A stretch of 62,102 nucleotides of DNA, counting the filler, from Deltaproteobacteria bacterium (GTDB lineage: Bacteria; JAUYMQ01): NCBI GenBank assembly GCA_030698575.1. It is 10 parts of 10 records of this genome, joined end to end, with 100 filler letters (N's around TTAATTAATTAA, not from the genome) between each part and the next. Parts side by side here need not be neighbours in the genome. Positions count along the whole stretch, not along the records: positions 15,376 to 25,448 come from JAUYMQ010000199.1; positions 25,549 to 32,995 come from JAUYMQ010000201.1; 8 more parts are not named here. One strand, given 5' to 3'. Shown in pieces: positions 18,787 to 29,800 of this stretch. Position 1 is the first letter of the stretch, and every line of letters starts with the position of its first letter. Under the pieces are notes generated by a model. That model searched no databases. It was not told where the DNA came from and saw only the letters and a program-made list of their open reading frames with translations. The position numbers and the translations under genes were made by a program.

Positions 18787-19209
18787 ATGCAGTCGAGCTC
18801 GGCCAGAACCACCCGCGTGCTCATGCCGCGCGTCCCCGCAATCTTCGCGCTCTCGATCATCTTCCTGCTCGCCTGCGGCCCCGCGGCCGAACCCGGCGCG
18901 GTGATCTCGCGCGAGGAGCTATCGCGGCGGCTGGAAGCCGGCGATGCGCCCCTCGTCCTCGACGTCCGCACGGCGGACGAGTTCGTATCCGGCCACATTC
19001 CCGGCGCGGTGAACATTCCCCATGACGAGCTAGCGAACCGGATGGACGAGCTCGGAGGGGCGAAGACTGACGAGATCGTCGTTCACTGCCGCAGCGGCCG
19101 GCGTGCCGCGATGGCGGAGGAGGTGCTTGCCGGCGCCGGCTACACGAACGTGCGAGATCTCGAAGGCCACATGCAGGGCTGGCAGGACGCCGGCCTCCCC
19201 GTCGAGTAG
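18787..19209 (+). CDS. Rhodanese domain lipoprotein
   Basis: Lipobox FLLAC; LDVRTADEFVSGHIPGA; HCRSGRR; LEGHMQGW. Start could be 18748, 18787 or 18823. Confidence 0.85.
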   Translation: MQSSSARTTRVLMPRVPAIFALSIIFLLACGPAAEPGAVISREELSRRLEAGDAPLVLDVRTADEFVSGHIPGAVNIPHDELANRMDELGGAKTDEIVVHCRSGRRAAMAEEVLAGAGYTNVRDLEGHMQGWQDAGLPVE

Positions 19210-19348
19210 CCCGCCATCCGGAGCCCCCTCCCATGCAACGACGTCTCGCCCCCGGCTTCACCCTCTCGCACCTCCGGGCCTTGAACTCACCCGCCCTGGT
19301 CGAGAAGATGACAGAGGGATGGCGGACGGCCGGCTGGCTACCGCCCGA

Positions 19349-20098
19349 ATGAGCGCGCGAGTGCGCATTGTGGGTTCCTACCTCTCGCCCTACGTGCGGA
19401 AGGTTCTGGTCTGCCTTCACATGAAGGGTGTTCCTTATGAGATCGATCCCATCATTCCCTTCATGGGCGATGACCGCTTCTCGAAGCTGAGTCCGCTGCG
19501 GCGAATACCCGTGCTCATCGACGCCGACGTGACGCTTTCCGACTCCACCGTCATCTGCGAATACCTCGAGGAGCGCCATCCCGAGCCCGCGCTATACCCG
19601 CGAGGCGTCGCAGAAAGAGCCCGCGCGCGCTGGCTGGAGGAGTTTGCCGACACCCGCATGGGCGAGGTGTTCATCTGGCGGCTGTTCAACCAGGCTGTCA
19701 TCAATCCCTTTGTCTGGCGCAAGAAGACCGACACCGCGATCTTGAACCGGACGTTGACGGAGGAGATCCCGCACGTTCTCGACTATCTCGAAGGCGAGTT
19801 GCCTGCGGAAGGCTATATCTTCGGCGATCCCACGGTCGCCGACATCGCCATCGCGAGTTTCTTTCGCAACGCGCGCTTCGCCGGTTTTCGCGTGGACACA
19901 GAACGCTGGCCGCGGACGGCGGCCTTTGTCGATCGCACGCTCGGGCTCGCCGGCTTCCAGGCTGTGAAGTTTTTCGAGGACCGGCTCATCCGGACGCCGC
20001 TGGCCAAGCACCGCACGGCGCTCGCCGAGATCGGTGCCCCACTCACGGAAGACACCTACGGCACGCCGGCACCCCGTCGCGGAATGATGCAGACCTGA
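19349..20098 (+). CDS. Glutathione S-transferase family protein
   Basis: LSPYVRKV, SPLRRIPVL, DSTVICEYLE, PTVADIA. Confidence 0.9.
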   Translation: MSARVRIVGSYLSPYVRKVLVCLHMKGVPYEIDPIIPFMGDDRFSKLSPLRRIPVLIDADVTLSDSTVICEYLEERHPEPALYPRGVAERARARWLEEFADTRMGEVFIWRLFNQAVINPFVWRKKTDTAILNRTLTEEIPHVLDYLEGELPAEGYIFGDPTVADIAIASFFRNARFAGFRVDTERWPRTAAFVDRTLGLAGFQAVKFFEDRLIRTPLAKHRTALAEIGAPLTEDTYGTPAPRRGMMQT

Positions 20099-20143
20099 TC
20101 GCGCTGCTGGGTGCGCAGCCGGGATCGATCGACAGGGGCGGCC

Positions 20144-20788
20144 ATGACATCCACCGTTGACAAAATGAGTGAAGAAATTATCGCGTTCTGGTTCAGCGAC
20201 GCGTGCCGCTCGCCGGAGGCGCTCAAGGCGCGGGCGGCGTGCTGGTTCACGCGCGACGACGCCTTCGATCGTGAAATCGCGGATCGCTTTGGCGCGCTCC
20301 CAGAGCGCGCCGCGGGAGGCGAGCTGGACGCATGGTCGGATGCGCCGCGTTCAGCCCTCGCACTGATCCTCGTGATGGATCAGTTTCCCCGAAATCTCTT
20401 TCGCGAAAGCGGGAGCGCCTTCTCCTACGACGAGAACGCGCTCCGCGTTGCGCTCGAAGCCGTGCATAAAGGCTTCGACCAGGCGCTCCACCCGGTGGAG
20501 GCCTACTTCCTGTATCTTCCCTTCGAGCACGCAGAGGACCTCGCGCTGCAGGAACGCTCCGTCGCCCTCATGGAGGCCCAGGTGGCGCGCGCGCCGGCGG
20601 GGATGGCCCCGTCTTTCGAGTCCTTCGCCGACTACGCCCGGCGTCACCGGGAGATCATCGAGCGCTTCGGGCGCTTTCCCCATCGAAACGCCGTGCTCGG
20701 CAGGCCCTCCACCCCCGACGAAGATGCCTACCTGCGAACGGGGGGTGAGACTTTCGGGGGAGCGGCACGAAAGGAAGAGAGCCCCTAG
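20144..20788 (+). CDS. DUF924 family protein
   Basis: [42 protein letters not shown]. Confidence 0.9.
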   Translation: MTSTVDKMSEEIIAFWFSDACRSPEALKARAACWFTRDDAFDREIADRFGALPERAAGGELDAWSDAPRSALALILVMDQFPRNLFRESGSAFSYDENALRVALEAVHKGFDQALHPVEAYFLYLPFEHAEDLALQERSVALMEAQVARAPAGMAPSFESFADYARRHREIIERFGRFPHRNAVLGRPSTPDEDAYLRTGGETFGGAARKEESP

Positions 20789-20795
20789 GAGACCG

Positions 20796-21248
20796 ATGCA
20801 GATCTGGGTCGATGCCGACGCATGCCCGGCGGCCATCAAGGAGATTCTCTTTCGCGTGGCCGCACGGACGGAGATTCCGGTCATCCTCGTCGCGAATCAG
20901 CCGATCCGCACGCCACGCTCGCTCTACATCCGCAGCATCATCGTGTCTGGGGGGTTCGACGTGGCCGATCAGCACATCGCGCAGCAGGTGGAGAAGGGCG
21001 ATCTGGTGATCACCGCCGACGTTCCGCTGGCCGCCAGGGTCATCGAGCGGGGCGGACAGGCGCTGAATCCGCGCGGCGAGCTTTACACCGCGGAGAACAT
21101 CGGCGAGAGGCTTTCGGTGCGCGATTTCATGGACGAGCTACGAAGCGGCGGGACGATCACGGGCGGCCCAGCGGCCTTCAGCAAGCGCGATCGCGAGGCG
21201 TTCGCCAATCAAATCGACCGCCTGCTCGCCAGCCGCGCGAGGGAGTAA
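20796..21248 (+). CDS. YaiI/YqxD (UPF0178) family protein
   Basis: [37 protein letters not shown]. Confidence 0.92.
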   Translation: MQIWVDADACPAAIKEILFRVAARTEIPVILVANQPIRTPRSLYIRSIIVSGGFDVADQHIAQQVEKGDLVITADVPLAARVIERGGQALNPRGELYTAENIGERLSVRDFMDELRSGGTITGGPAAFSKRDREAFANQIDRLLASRARE

Positions 21249-21302
21249 CGCGCGGCCCGCGGCGCTATAGTCCGGCGCTACCAACTCTCCAGGAGGCCAT
21301 GC

Positions 21303-22178
21303 ATGGAGATCCAGGGAAAGACAGCCGTCGTGACGGGCGGGGCGAGCGGTATCGGCCGGGGAATCGCGCACGCACTTGCCGAGAAGAAGGCGGCGGTGAT
21401 CGTGGCCGACCTCGACGAGAAACGGGCCGTGGTCGTCGCCGGCGAGCTGGAGGCGACGGGCGTTCGCGCCCTCGGTGTGGCCTGCGACGTAGCCGACGAG
21501 GCGCAGGTGGAGGCGCTGGCCGATCGTGCCTGGCGTGAATTCGGGCGGGTGGATCTTCTCTTCAACAATGCCGGTGCGGCCGGGGGGGCCGCGCTGCTCG
21601 ATTCCCGCGCGGAGGATCTGGCCTGGCTTTTCTCGGTGAACGTCTTCGGCCTCTGGTACGGCTGCAAGGCCTTCGGGCGCCGCTTCCGCGACCAGGACAC
21701 CCCCGCCTGGATCGTGAACACCGGTTCAGAGCACAGCTTCGGCGTTGCCCATCTCTTCGCCGGCTTCTACACGGCGAGCAAGCACGCCGTGCTCGGCCTC
21801 TCGGACGTTCTTCGCCGCGAGCTTCCCGACCACGTGGGCGTGAGCGTTCTCTGCCCCGGCCTCGTCGACACGGAGTTCTGGAAGGCCGCAGAACGGCGCC
21901 CTGGGCAGTACGGCGGGCCGAGCGATCCGCAAGCCATCACGCGCGCGATCATGGCGCGCGGCACCAACCCGCTCGATGTGGGGCGGCGCGCCGTGGCCGG
22001 CGTCGAGCGGGAGGACTTCTATATCGTGACGCACGCGCACGCGCGCACATTCGCCGAGGAGCGGTACCGCGAGATCATGGCGGCCTTCGAGAGCCAGGCG
22101 CCCGCCCAACCGGGCGACGAGCGCTACGATGTGGGCACCATCATCCGGGATCTGCTTTCGAAAAATACCGGGGTCTGA
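21303..22178 (+). CDS. Short-chain dehydrogenase/reductase
   Basis: TGGASGIG, NNAG, YTASK, VLCPG. Confidence 0.92.
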   Translation: MEIQGKTAVVTGGASGIGRGIAHALAEKKAAVIVADLDEKRAVVVAGELEATGVRALGVACDVADEAQVEALADRAWREFGRVDLLFNNAGAAGGAALLDSRAEDLAWLFSVNVFGLWYGCKAFGRRFRDQDTPAWIVNTGSEHSFGVAHLFAGFYTASKHAVLGLSDVLRRELPDHVGVSVLCPGLVDTEFWKAAERRPGQYGGPSDPQAITRAIMARGTNPLDVGRRAVAGVEREDFYIVTHAHARTFAEERYREIMAAFESQAPAQPGDERYDVGTIIRDLLSKNTGV

Positions 22179-22222
22179 GGGGGACTGCACACCCCTCCGC
22201 CGCCGACGGAAGGTCCGCCCTC

Positions 22223-22825
22223 ATGCAGCAAGAGGAACGCACGCTGGATCTGTCACCCGTCACGCTAGAGGGCATGCACGTCCGGCTGGAGCCGTTGACG
22301 AAAGCCCATCGCGACGCGCTCGTCGAGGCCGCCCGAGACGGCGGGCTTTGGAAGTTGAACGTTACCCGCGTGCCGTCGCAGAAAACGATGGCGGCTTACA
22401 TCGACGCCGCGCTTGCGGCCCGGGATGAAGGGCGCCAGCTTCCCTTCGCCATCATCCACCGGGGCTCCGGGAACGTCGCGGGCAGCAGTCGGTTCTGCCA
22501 CATCGAGCCGGCCGATCTTCGCGTGGAGATCGGCTATACCTGGCTGGCCGCAACCTTCCAGCGCACCTCCCTCAACACCGAGGCCAAGCTCCTCATGCTG
22601 ACCCACGCTTTCGAAACCTGGGGGTGCGTGCGCGTCGAGTTCCTGACCGACGTTCTGAACGAGCGTTCGCGCAACGCTCTGGTCAGGATCGGCGCCAGGG
22701 AAGAGGGCGTGCTCCGCTACCACATGATCATGCCCGACGGCCGCTACCGCGACTCGGTCTGCTACAGCATCATCGCGCCCGAATGGGCTGCGGTGAAAGC
22801 AGCGCTGCGCGCCAGGCTTCGCTAG
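22223..22825 (+). CDS. GNAT (RimJ/RimL-like) acetyltransferase
   Basis: LEGMHVRLEPL, EIGYTWL, QRTSLNTEAKLLMLTHAFE, RDSVCYSI. Confidence 0.9.
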   Translation: MQQEERTLDLSPVTLEGMHVRLEPLTKAHRDALVEAARDGGLWKLNVTRVPSQKTMAAYIDAALAARDEGRQLPFAIIHRGSGNVAGSSRFCHIEPADLRVEIGYTWLAATFQRTSLNTEAKLLMLTHAFETWGCVRVEFLTDVLNERSRNALVRIGAREEGVLRYHMIMPDGRYRDSVCYSIIAPEWAAVKAALRARLR

Positions 22826-22839
22826 GGGATATACCGGCC

Positions 22840-23553
22840 ATGGCGTTGCGCGCCCTCATCGGTGATGAGTTCAGGCTGCTGACCTTCCAACCTTTCACCC
22901 CGAGCCGAGGCGTGCACTGGGGCGGCTATCTCGCCTTCGGCTTGTTCTTCACCTGGCTGGCTGGCATGGGGCGCTACTGGGACAACCCGCGCGCCGCAAT
23001 CTGGCAGCATCTCGGCCTCGGATCCGTGGCCTACGTCTTCTGTTTCTCGCTCCTTCTCTGGGCCATTCTGGCGCCCCTCAAACCCGAGCGATGGCGCTAC
23101 CGCAACGTGCTGGTCTTCGTCGCGCTCACCTCTCCTCCCGCGCTCCTCTACGCCATTCCGGTCGAGCGGTTCATGCCGCTCGGCGCTGCCCAGTCGGTGA
23201 ACGCCTGGTTTCTCGCCGTGGTGGCGGCCTGGCGGGTCGCCTTGCTCGTGCTCTTTCTCAGGCGATCGGCGGGCCTCGGCAGATTCACGATTCTGATTGC
23301 CGCCTGTCTCCCGCTGGTTCTGATTGTCAACTTGCTCACGATGCTCAACCTCGAGCACGTCGTCTTCGATTTCATGTCGGGCGTGCGGGAGAGCCAGCGA
23401 TCACCCAATGACACGGCCTACGGGGTGCTCTTCATGATCACGGCTCTTTCAACACTGCTCGCCCCCGCCCTGCTGGTATCCTACGGCTGGCTGGTCTACC
23501 GTGTGAGAAAGTTCCCTGACCCGAACTCGGCTGGTCGGCTTCCCGGAGGCTGA
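22840..23553 (+). CDS. Conserved hypothetical membrane protein
   Basis: TWLAGMGRYWDNPRA...LGLGS...TSPPALLYAIPVE; several TM helices. Confidence 0.75.
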   Translation: MALRALIGDEFRLLTFQPFTPSRGVHWGGYLAFGLFFTWLAGMGRYWDNPRAAIWQHLGLGSVAYVFCFSLLLWAILAPLKPERWRYRNVLVFVALTSPPALLYAIPVERFMPLGAAQSVNAWFLAVVAAWRVALLVLFLRRSAGLGRFTILIAACLPLVLIVNLLTMLNLEHVVFDFMSGVRESQRSPNDTAYGVLFMITALSTLLAPALLVSYGWLVYRVRKFPDPNSAGRLPGG

Positions 23554-23557
23554 AACG

Positions 23558-23953
23558 ATGAGCGAGCACCCGAACGCAGCGCGCATCCGCGCGCTCTTTG
23601 CCGCCTTCCGCGAGGGTGACATCGCGACGATTCAGAATTCGCTCGCCGAGAACGCCGTGTGGCACTTCCCCGGGCGGGACGGCAAGCTCGCGGGCTTGCA
23701 CGCGGGGCACGCGGGAATCTTCGCATTCCTGGCGCGAGTGCCGCAACTCACCGACGGCAGCTTTCATCTCGATCTCGAGGAGGTGCTCGCGAACGACACG
23801 CACGCGGTGGCGTTCTTTCGGGGGCACGGCGAGCGGGAGGGACGCAAGCTCGACAATCCGACCTGCCTCAAGATCCGGCTCGAGGGTGGCCGCGCCGTCG
23901 AGATCTGGGAGTTCGTCTGGGATCTGTACGCGGTCGACGCGTTCTGGTCCTAG
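23558..23953 (+). CDS. SnoaL/NTF2-like protein
   Basis: MSEHPNAARIRALFAAFREGD...VWHFPG...DAFWS. Confidence 0.85.
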   Translation: MSEHPNAARIRALFAAFREGDIATIQNSLAENAVWHFPGRDGKLAGLHAGHAGIFAFLARVPQLTDGSFHLDLEEVLANDTHAVAFFRGHGEREGRKLDNPTCLKIRLEGGRAVEIWEFVWDLYAVDAFWS

Positions 23954-23966
23954 CAAGGGATGGAGC

Positions 23967-24335
23967 ATGGCGACGGTGGTGACGGTCCTCTTCGTGGTCG
24001 CGGGGCTGATCAATCTGGTCCCGGTCGTGGGTGTGATCTCGGCGGGCCACATCGAGCGACTCTACGGCATCCGCAGCACGGACCGGAACCTCCTCGTGCT
24101 GCTACGGCACCGGGCTGTGCTTCTCGGACTGCTGGGAGCGTTCCTGATGCTTGCCGGCTTCTGCGCCTCGCTCCAGACCGTCGCGGGTGTGGCGGGGCTC
24201 GTGAGCATGGCCTCCTTCGTGATCCTCGCACCGCCTTCCGCGCCGCTCTCGGACGACATCAGGAAGGTCACCCGGGCGGACATCCTGGCTCTCGCGCTTC
24301 TCATCGCCGCGATGGCCATGAAGCCCTTCGCCTAG
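23967..24335 (+). CDS. Small membrane protein
   Basis: AGLINLVP...IERLYGI...LLRHRAVLLG; four hydrophobic segments; GGAG RBS. Confidence 0.7.
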   Translation: MATVVTVLFVVAGLINLVPVVGVISAGHIERLYGIRSTDRNLLVLLRHRAVLLGLLGAFLMLAGFCASLQTVAGVAGLVSMASFVILAPPSAPLSDDIRKVTRADILALALLIAAMAMKPFA

Positions 24336-24342
24336 GCGCGCC

Positions 24343-25448
24343 ATGCCCCTCTCCATTGAAACCAAATACACGGACAGCCGGATCGGACGCATCGGCTACC
24401 AGACGATCGGCGACGGCCCGTTCGATCTCGTCATGTCGCCCGACTGGACCAACTGCATGGAACTCATGTGGGAGGATCCACGGTTCGAAAGCTACCTGCG
24501 CGAGCTGGCCTCCTTCAGTCGCCTCATTCTCTTCGATCACCGGGGCTGCGGCATCTCCGATCCTCCCCCTGTAACCGCCGTATCCATGGGCCTGGCAGTG
24601 GAGGGCGGCGCCGAGGAGATCGAGGCGGTCATGGATGCGGTGGGTTCGGAACGGGCGTCCCTTCTGGGACTCAACCTCGGAAGCTGGGCCATCATGCTCT
24701 TCGCGGCGACGGCGCCCCGCCGCGTGCGCTCGATGGTGCTGGTCGACACGAGTGCCCGCATCGCCGCGGCGCCCGACTACCCCTTTGGCGCGACGCCCGA
24801 GCAGCTCACGCGGCTTGTGCAGTTCCTGAAGCGCACCCGGGGAACGGTAGAGGGTCTTCGCCTCAGCGATCCCAAGGCCGCCGGCGACCCTCAGTTCGCC
24901 CAGTGGTACGCCCGCTACGTGCGTCTCTCGATTTCACCCAGCTTGTTCGATGCTTGCTGGGACACCGTCGAGGAGGCCGATCTGCGTCCCGTGCTTCCGG
25001 CCATCACGGCGCCGACCCTCGTCATTGGTCACCGCGACAGCCGCGCCTATCCCGTGGAGACCGGCCGGTACATCGCCGAGCACATCCCCGGCGCCGCGTT
25101 CAGGGAGATGCCGGGCGGCGACGCGCTCTTCTTCAGGCGGAGTCCCAATCTCGCGCTGCAAGAGGTCCGGGAATTCCTCACGGGCGACCGGGCGGAGCCG
25201 GAGGTTGATCGCATCCTCGCCACCATCCTCTTCACCGACATCGTCGGCTCGACCGAGAAAGCGGCGGAGCTGGGCGATCGCGGCTGGGCCGAGCGGCTCG
25301 TGCGGCACCACGCGCTGGTGCGCCACGAGCTGGAGCGGTTTCGGGGCACCGAGGTCGACAACGCCGGCGATGGCTTCTTTGCCACCTTCGACGGGCCCGC
25401 GCGGGCCATCCGCTGCGCGATGGCCATCCGGAATAGCGTCGAGTCGAT
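24343..25448 (+). CDS. Alpha/beta hydrolase fused to a class III adenylate/guanylate cyclase (LipJ-like), partial
   Basis: FDHRGCGISD; ATILFTDIVGST; AGDGFFATFDGPARA; runs off the contig end. Confidence 0.9.
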
Positions 25449-25548
25449 NNNNNNNNNNNNNNNNNNNNNNNNNNNNNNNNNNNNNNNNNNNNTTAATTAA
25501 TTAANNNNNNNNNNNNNNNNNNNNNNNNNNNNNNNNNNNNNNNNNNNN

Positions 25549-26887
25549 GCTCCGGCGCGCGCGCGGCCGTCTGCGGCCAGACGCGCACGCGGCCGACCCG
25601 GCGGCCGTCCATTTCCAGGATCTCGAATGTCGCGCCCTGGACGGTGACGCGATCGCCCACCTTGGGCAGCCGGCCGAGCCGGCCGAACAGCATTCCGCCG
25701 ATGGTCGTGTAATCGGCGTCATCGAGGGGCAGCTTCAACGCGCGGCTGACGTCGGCGACGTCGGTGCCGCCGGAGAAGATCGGCGGGCCGCCTGATGCCG
25801 CCCCCGCCGCGGATCCGGGGGCGCTCGCCTGATCGTATTCGTCGTAGATCGGCCCCACGATTTCCTCGAGCAGGTCCTCCATCGTTACGAGCCCCGCAGT
25901 GCCGCCGAACTCGTCGAGCACGATGGCGAGGTGGACCTTTTGCCGTTTCATGTCGGCCAGCACGTCTTCGACTTCGCGGGTGCCGGGAACAAAGAAGGCC
26001 GGCCGGGCGATGTCGCGCACGGCGAAGTCTTTGCCTTCCCGCAGTCCGCGCAGCACGTCTTTCGCGTGCACGGTGCCGATGACGTCGTCGATGGATTCGC
26101 CGATCACGGGGTAGCGGGAGCGCCCGGCGGCGGCGATTTCGTCCGCCGCCTGCGCCAGGCCGTGGTCTCCCGACAGCGCGATGATGTCGGTGCGCGGCGT
26201 CATCACCTCGCGCGCGTTCTTCTCGCTGAACTCGAAGACGCCTTCGAGCAGCCGCGCGTCGCCGGCGCGCAGGCCGCCGGTGCTGCGGCTCTGCTCGACG
26301 AGCATACGCAGCTCCTCGGGCGAGTGCACGCGCTCCCGCTCGGTTTGCGGGCGGGCCCCGAACAGCCGGAGCAGGGCGTTGGCCGTGCCGTTGAGGGCCC
26401 AGATGAACGGATTGGTGGCGGCGGTGAAGAGCATGAGCGGCGGCGCCACCCACCGGCTGGTCGATTCGGGATGCAGCAGCGCCACCGCCTTGGGGGCGAG
26501 CTCGCCGAGCACGATGTGCAGGAACGTGATCGCGGTGAACGCGAGGGCGGACGCCACGCTGTGGGTCGCGACCGCGTCGAAGGGCGCGGGGAACCCGGCA
26601 AAGAGGTGCTCGATCGTCGTCGCGACCGCCGGCTCGCCGATCCAGCCGAGCCCCAGGCTCGCCAGCGTGATGCCGAGCTGGGTGCCTGAGATGTAGCGGT
26701 CGAGCGACAGGAGCGCCTTCCGGACGACGACGGCCTTGCGGTCGCCGCGCCGCGCCCAGGCATCGATGCGCGTGCGCCGCGACGCGACGAGCGCGAACTC
26801 CGCGGCGACGAAGAACGCATTCGCCGCCACGAGCAGCAAGACGGCGCCGAGACGCAGCGCGATGGCGCCAAACGAAGGTTCAGTCAT
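25549..26887 (-). CDS. Hemolysin-like CNNM/CBS/CorC domain protein (stop just beyond the contig edge)
   Basis: NAFFVAAEFALV, QLGITLASLGLGWIGEP, GELAPK, VMTPR, DEFGGTAGLVTMEDLLEEIVG. Confidence 0.92.
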
Positions 26888-26913
26888 CCGGTCCCGAAAC
26901 AACCTATTATGTT

Positions 26914-27807
26914 TTGACGGTGCTGCCAGTCGAAGCGCATTGCACGTATCGCGCGCCCATCAATCCCGAGACGCGGCGCCGCCTCACCCTCGCCCTCGCC
27001 ATCACCGCCGTCGTCATGGTCGTCGAGGTCGTGGGCGGGTGGCTCGCCGGCTCGCTCGCCCTCCTCGCCGACGCCGGCCACATGCTCGCGGACGCCGCGG
27101 CGCTGGCGCTCGCCCTGCTCGCGGCGCGCATCGCGCAGCGCCCCGCGACGGCCGAGCGCTCGTTCGGGTTCCTGCGGATCGAGATTCTCGCCGCGTTGAT
27201 CAACGGCGCCCTCCTGATCGCGATCGCCGGGGCTATCGGCCTCGAGGCCGTCCAGCGGCTGCGCGTGCCCACGACGGTGGACGCCCCGCTGCTGCTGGGC
27301 GTGGCCGGCGTGGGGCTGGTGGCGAACGTCGCTGCCGTGGCCGTCCTGCATCGGGGACATCAACATTCGCTCAACCAGCGCGGGGCGTACCTCCACGTCG
27401 TGAATGACCTGCTGGGCTCGGTCGGCGCGCTGGTGGCGGGAACCGTCATCCTGCTTACGGGGTGGACGGCGGCGGATGCGCTGATCTCCCTCTGCATCGG
27501 AGTGCTGGTGCTGATCAGCGCATGGCGCCTGGTTCGGGAGAGCGCGGAGGTCCTGCTGGAGGCGGCGCCCGCCCACATCGCACTCCACGACGTCCATGAC
27601 CGCATCGCGTCGGTTCCCGGCGTGGACTCGGTCCACGACTTGCATCTGTGGACCGTCACGAGCGGGGTGGTCGCGATGAGCGGTCATCTGGTGGTCAAAA
27701 ACCCCGCTGACAACCAGCCCATATTGGAAGAGGTGCAGGGGCGGATGCGGGCGCTGGGGATCGCGCACGTGACCGTCCAGGTGGAGCGCGAGCCGACCTG
27801 TACCTAG
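26914..27807 (+). CDS. Cation diffusion facilitator (CzcD/ZitB-like) transporter
   Basis: SLALLADAGHMLAD, GAYLHVVNDLLGS, VHDLHLW, HVTVQVE. Start could be TTG 26914 or GTG 26920. Confidence 0.92.
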   Translation: MTVLPVEAHCTYRAPINPETRRRLTLALAITAVVMVVEVVGGWLAGSLALLADAGHMLADAAALALALLAARIAQRPATAERSFGFLRIEILAALINGALLIAIAGAIGLEAVQRLRVPTTVDAPLLLGVAGVGLVANVAAVAVLHRGHQHSLNQRGAYLHVVNDLLGSVGALVAGTVILLTGWTAADALISLCIGVLVLISAWRLVRESAEVLLEAAPAHIALHDVHDRIASVPGVDSVHDLHLWTVTSGVVAMSGHLVVKNPADNQPILEEVQGRMRALGIAHVTVQVEREPTCT

Positions 27808-27906
27808 GGGGCGCGGCCTGCCGCCCCCCCCCCCCGCCGCCCTTGTTTGGGTCCAGCCACCCATTTATACTGCCGCCCTCATTTACGGGACCAAGGACTT
27901 AAGTCA

Positions 27907-29757
27907 GTGAAGATCCGCAACATCGCTATCATCGCCCACGTCGACCACGGCAAGACGACGCTCGTGGATCAGATGCTGCGCCAGGCCGGCGTGTTCCGCG
28001 CCAACCAGCAGGTCGCCGAGCGCGTCATGGATTCCCACCCCCTGGAGCGCGAGCGCGGCATCACGATCCTGGCGAAGAACACGTCGGTGCGCTGGGGTGA
28101 TACGAAGATCAACATCGTGGACACGCCGGGGCACGCCGACTTCGGGGGGGAAGTCGAGCGGATTCTGCGGATGGTGGACGGCTTCCTGCTGCTCGTCGAT
28201 GCCGCCGAGGGGCCGATGCCGCAGACGCGGTTCGTGGCGGGGAAGGCGTTGGCGCTCGGTCTCAAGCCGATCGTGCTGGTCAACAAGATCGACCGGCCCG
28301 ACGCCGAGCCGCTGCGGGTGCACGACGAAGTGCTCGAGCTGCTCATGGATCTCGATGCCTCGCACGAGCAGTTCAGCTGCCCCTTCCTCTATACGTCGAG
28401 CCGCCATGGCACGGCGACGGTGGAGATGGAGCACCCGGGCACGGCTTTGACGCCGCTCTTTGACGCGATTCTGGAGACGATCCCGCCGCCGCAAGCGAAC
28501 GCTTCGGGACCGTTCCAGATGCTGATCTCGACGCTCGACTATTCATCCTACCTGGGGCGGATCGGCATCGGCCGCATCGAGCGGGGCGAGGTGCACGTCG
28601 GCGACACGGTCGCCCTGCTGCCGATCGGCGAGCCGGGTCCGGTGGGTGAGGGGTCGTACGATCAGGCGCGGATCGTCAAGCTGTTCGCGTTCGAGGGGCT
28701 GGAGCGCGCCGAGCTCGAAAGCGCGCAGGCCGGCGAGATCGTCGCCATTGCCGGCATCGCCGGGGTCGAGATCGGCAAGACGGTGACGGCGCCGGACCAT
28801 CTCGACCGGCTGGCGGGCATCGCGGTGGAAGAGCCGACGATCTCGGTGGACGTCCTGGTGAACAACTCGCCACTCGCGGGCCGCGAAGGCAAGTTCGTGA
28901 CGGGCCGCCAGCTGCGGGAGCGGCTGTATCGGGAGCTCGAGCGCAACGTCGCGCTGCGGGTGGAGGACACCGATACGCCGTACGCCTTCACGGTGTCGGG
29001 CCGGGGCGAGCTGCACCTCGGCATCCTGATGGAGACGATGCGGCGGGAGGGCTACGAGTTCCAGGTGAGCCGGCCGCGGATCATTCCGCGCGAGGACGCC
29101 GAGGGGCGCCAGCTGGAGCCCTACGAGGAGCTGATGATCGATTGCCCCGAAGGGTACGTTGGGGTAGTCATGGAGAAGCTGGGGCCCCGGCGGGCGACGA
29201 TGCTCGACATGAAGAATCCGGGGTTGGGGATGGTGCGGATGCGCTTCAAGATTCCGGCACGGGGCCTGCTGGGCTACCGGTCGGAGTTCTTGACGGATAC
29301 GCGCGGCACGGGGATCATCCACCATCGCTTCTTCGAGTACGATCTGTGGGCCGGCCCGTTGGCGGGGCGGAACCGCGGGGTGCTGGTGGCGGATCGGGAA
29401 GGGGCCGTCGTGGCGTTCGCCCTCTTCAATCTGCAGGAGCGCGCCACGCTGTTCGTGCAGCCCGGCGATCCGGTGTACGAGGGTATGATTATCGGCGAGC
29501 ACGTGCGGGCGGGCGACCTCGACGTGAACGCCACGAAGGAAAAGAAGCTGACGAACATGCGCACGACGGCGTCGGACGAGATGATTATCTTGGAGCCGCC
29601 ACGCCAGGTGACCTTGGAGCTGGCGTTGGAGTACATCGAAGACGACGAGCTGATCGAAGTCACGCCGTCGTCGCTCCGGTTGCGGAAGCGTGTGTTGGGC
29701 GCGACCGGCCGCCGCAAGCTGGCCCGCAGCGAGAAGCGGGCCTCGATGGAGGAGTAG
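27907..29757 (+). CDS. typA: Translational GTPase TypA/BipA
   Basis: IRNIAIIAHVDHGKTT, ERERGITILAKN, DTPGHADFGGEVER, GRGELHL, KKLTNMR, EDDELIEVTP. Confidence 0.97.
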   Translation: MKIRNIAIIAHVDHGKTTLVDQMLRQAGVFRANQQVAERVMDSHPLERERGITILAKNTSVRWGDTKINIVDTPGHADFGGEVERILRMVDGFLLLVDAAEGPMPQTRFVAGKALALGLKPIVLVNKIDRPDAEPLRVHDEVLELLMDLDASHEQFSCPFLYTSSRHGTATVEMEHPGTALTPLFDAILETIPPPQANASGPFQMLISTLDYSSYLGRIGIGRIERGEVHVGDTVALLPIGEPGPVGEGSYDQARIVKLFAFEGLERAELESAQAGEIVAIAGIAGVEIGKTVTAPDHLDRLAGIAVEEPTISVDVLVNNSPLAGREGKFVTGRQLRERLYRELERNVALRVEDTDTPYAFTVSGRGELHLGILMETMRREGYEFQVSRPRIIPREDAEGRQLEPYEELMIDCPEGYVGVVMEKLGPRRATMLDMKNPGLGMVRMRFKIPARGLLGYRSEFLTDTRGTGIIHHRFFEYDLWAGPLAGRNRGVLVADREGAVVAFALFNLQERATLFVQPGDPVYEGMIIGEHVRAGDLDVNATKEKKLTNMRTTASDEMIILEPPRQVTLELALEYIEDDELIEVTPSSLRLRKRVLGATGRRKLARSEKRASMEE

Positions 29758-29800
29758 GGCAGTCAGGGCCGTTCCCAGGCAACCCGAGCCGGAGGTGGCA

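Noticed and set aside
15376-25448. Integron with attC sites
   Set aside because: No intI, and no repeated RYYYAAC...GTTRRRY palindromes in the spacers, many of which are under 15 bp.
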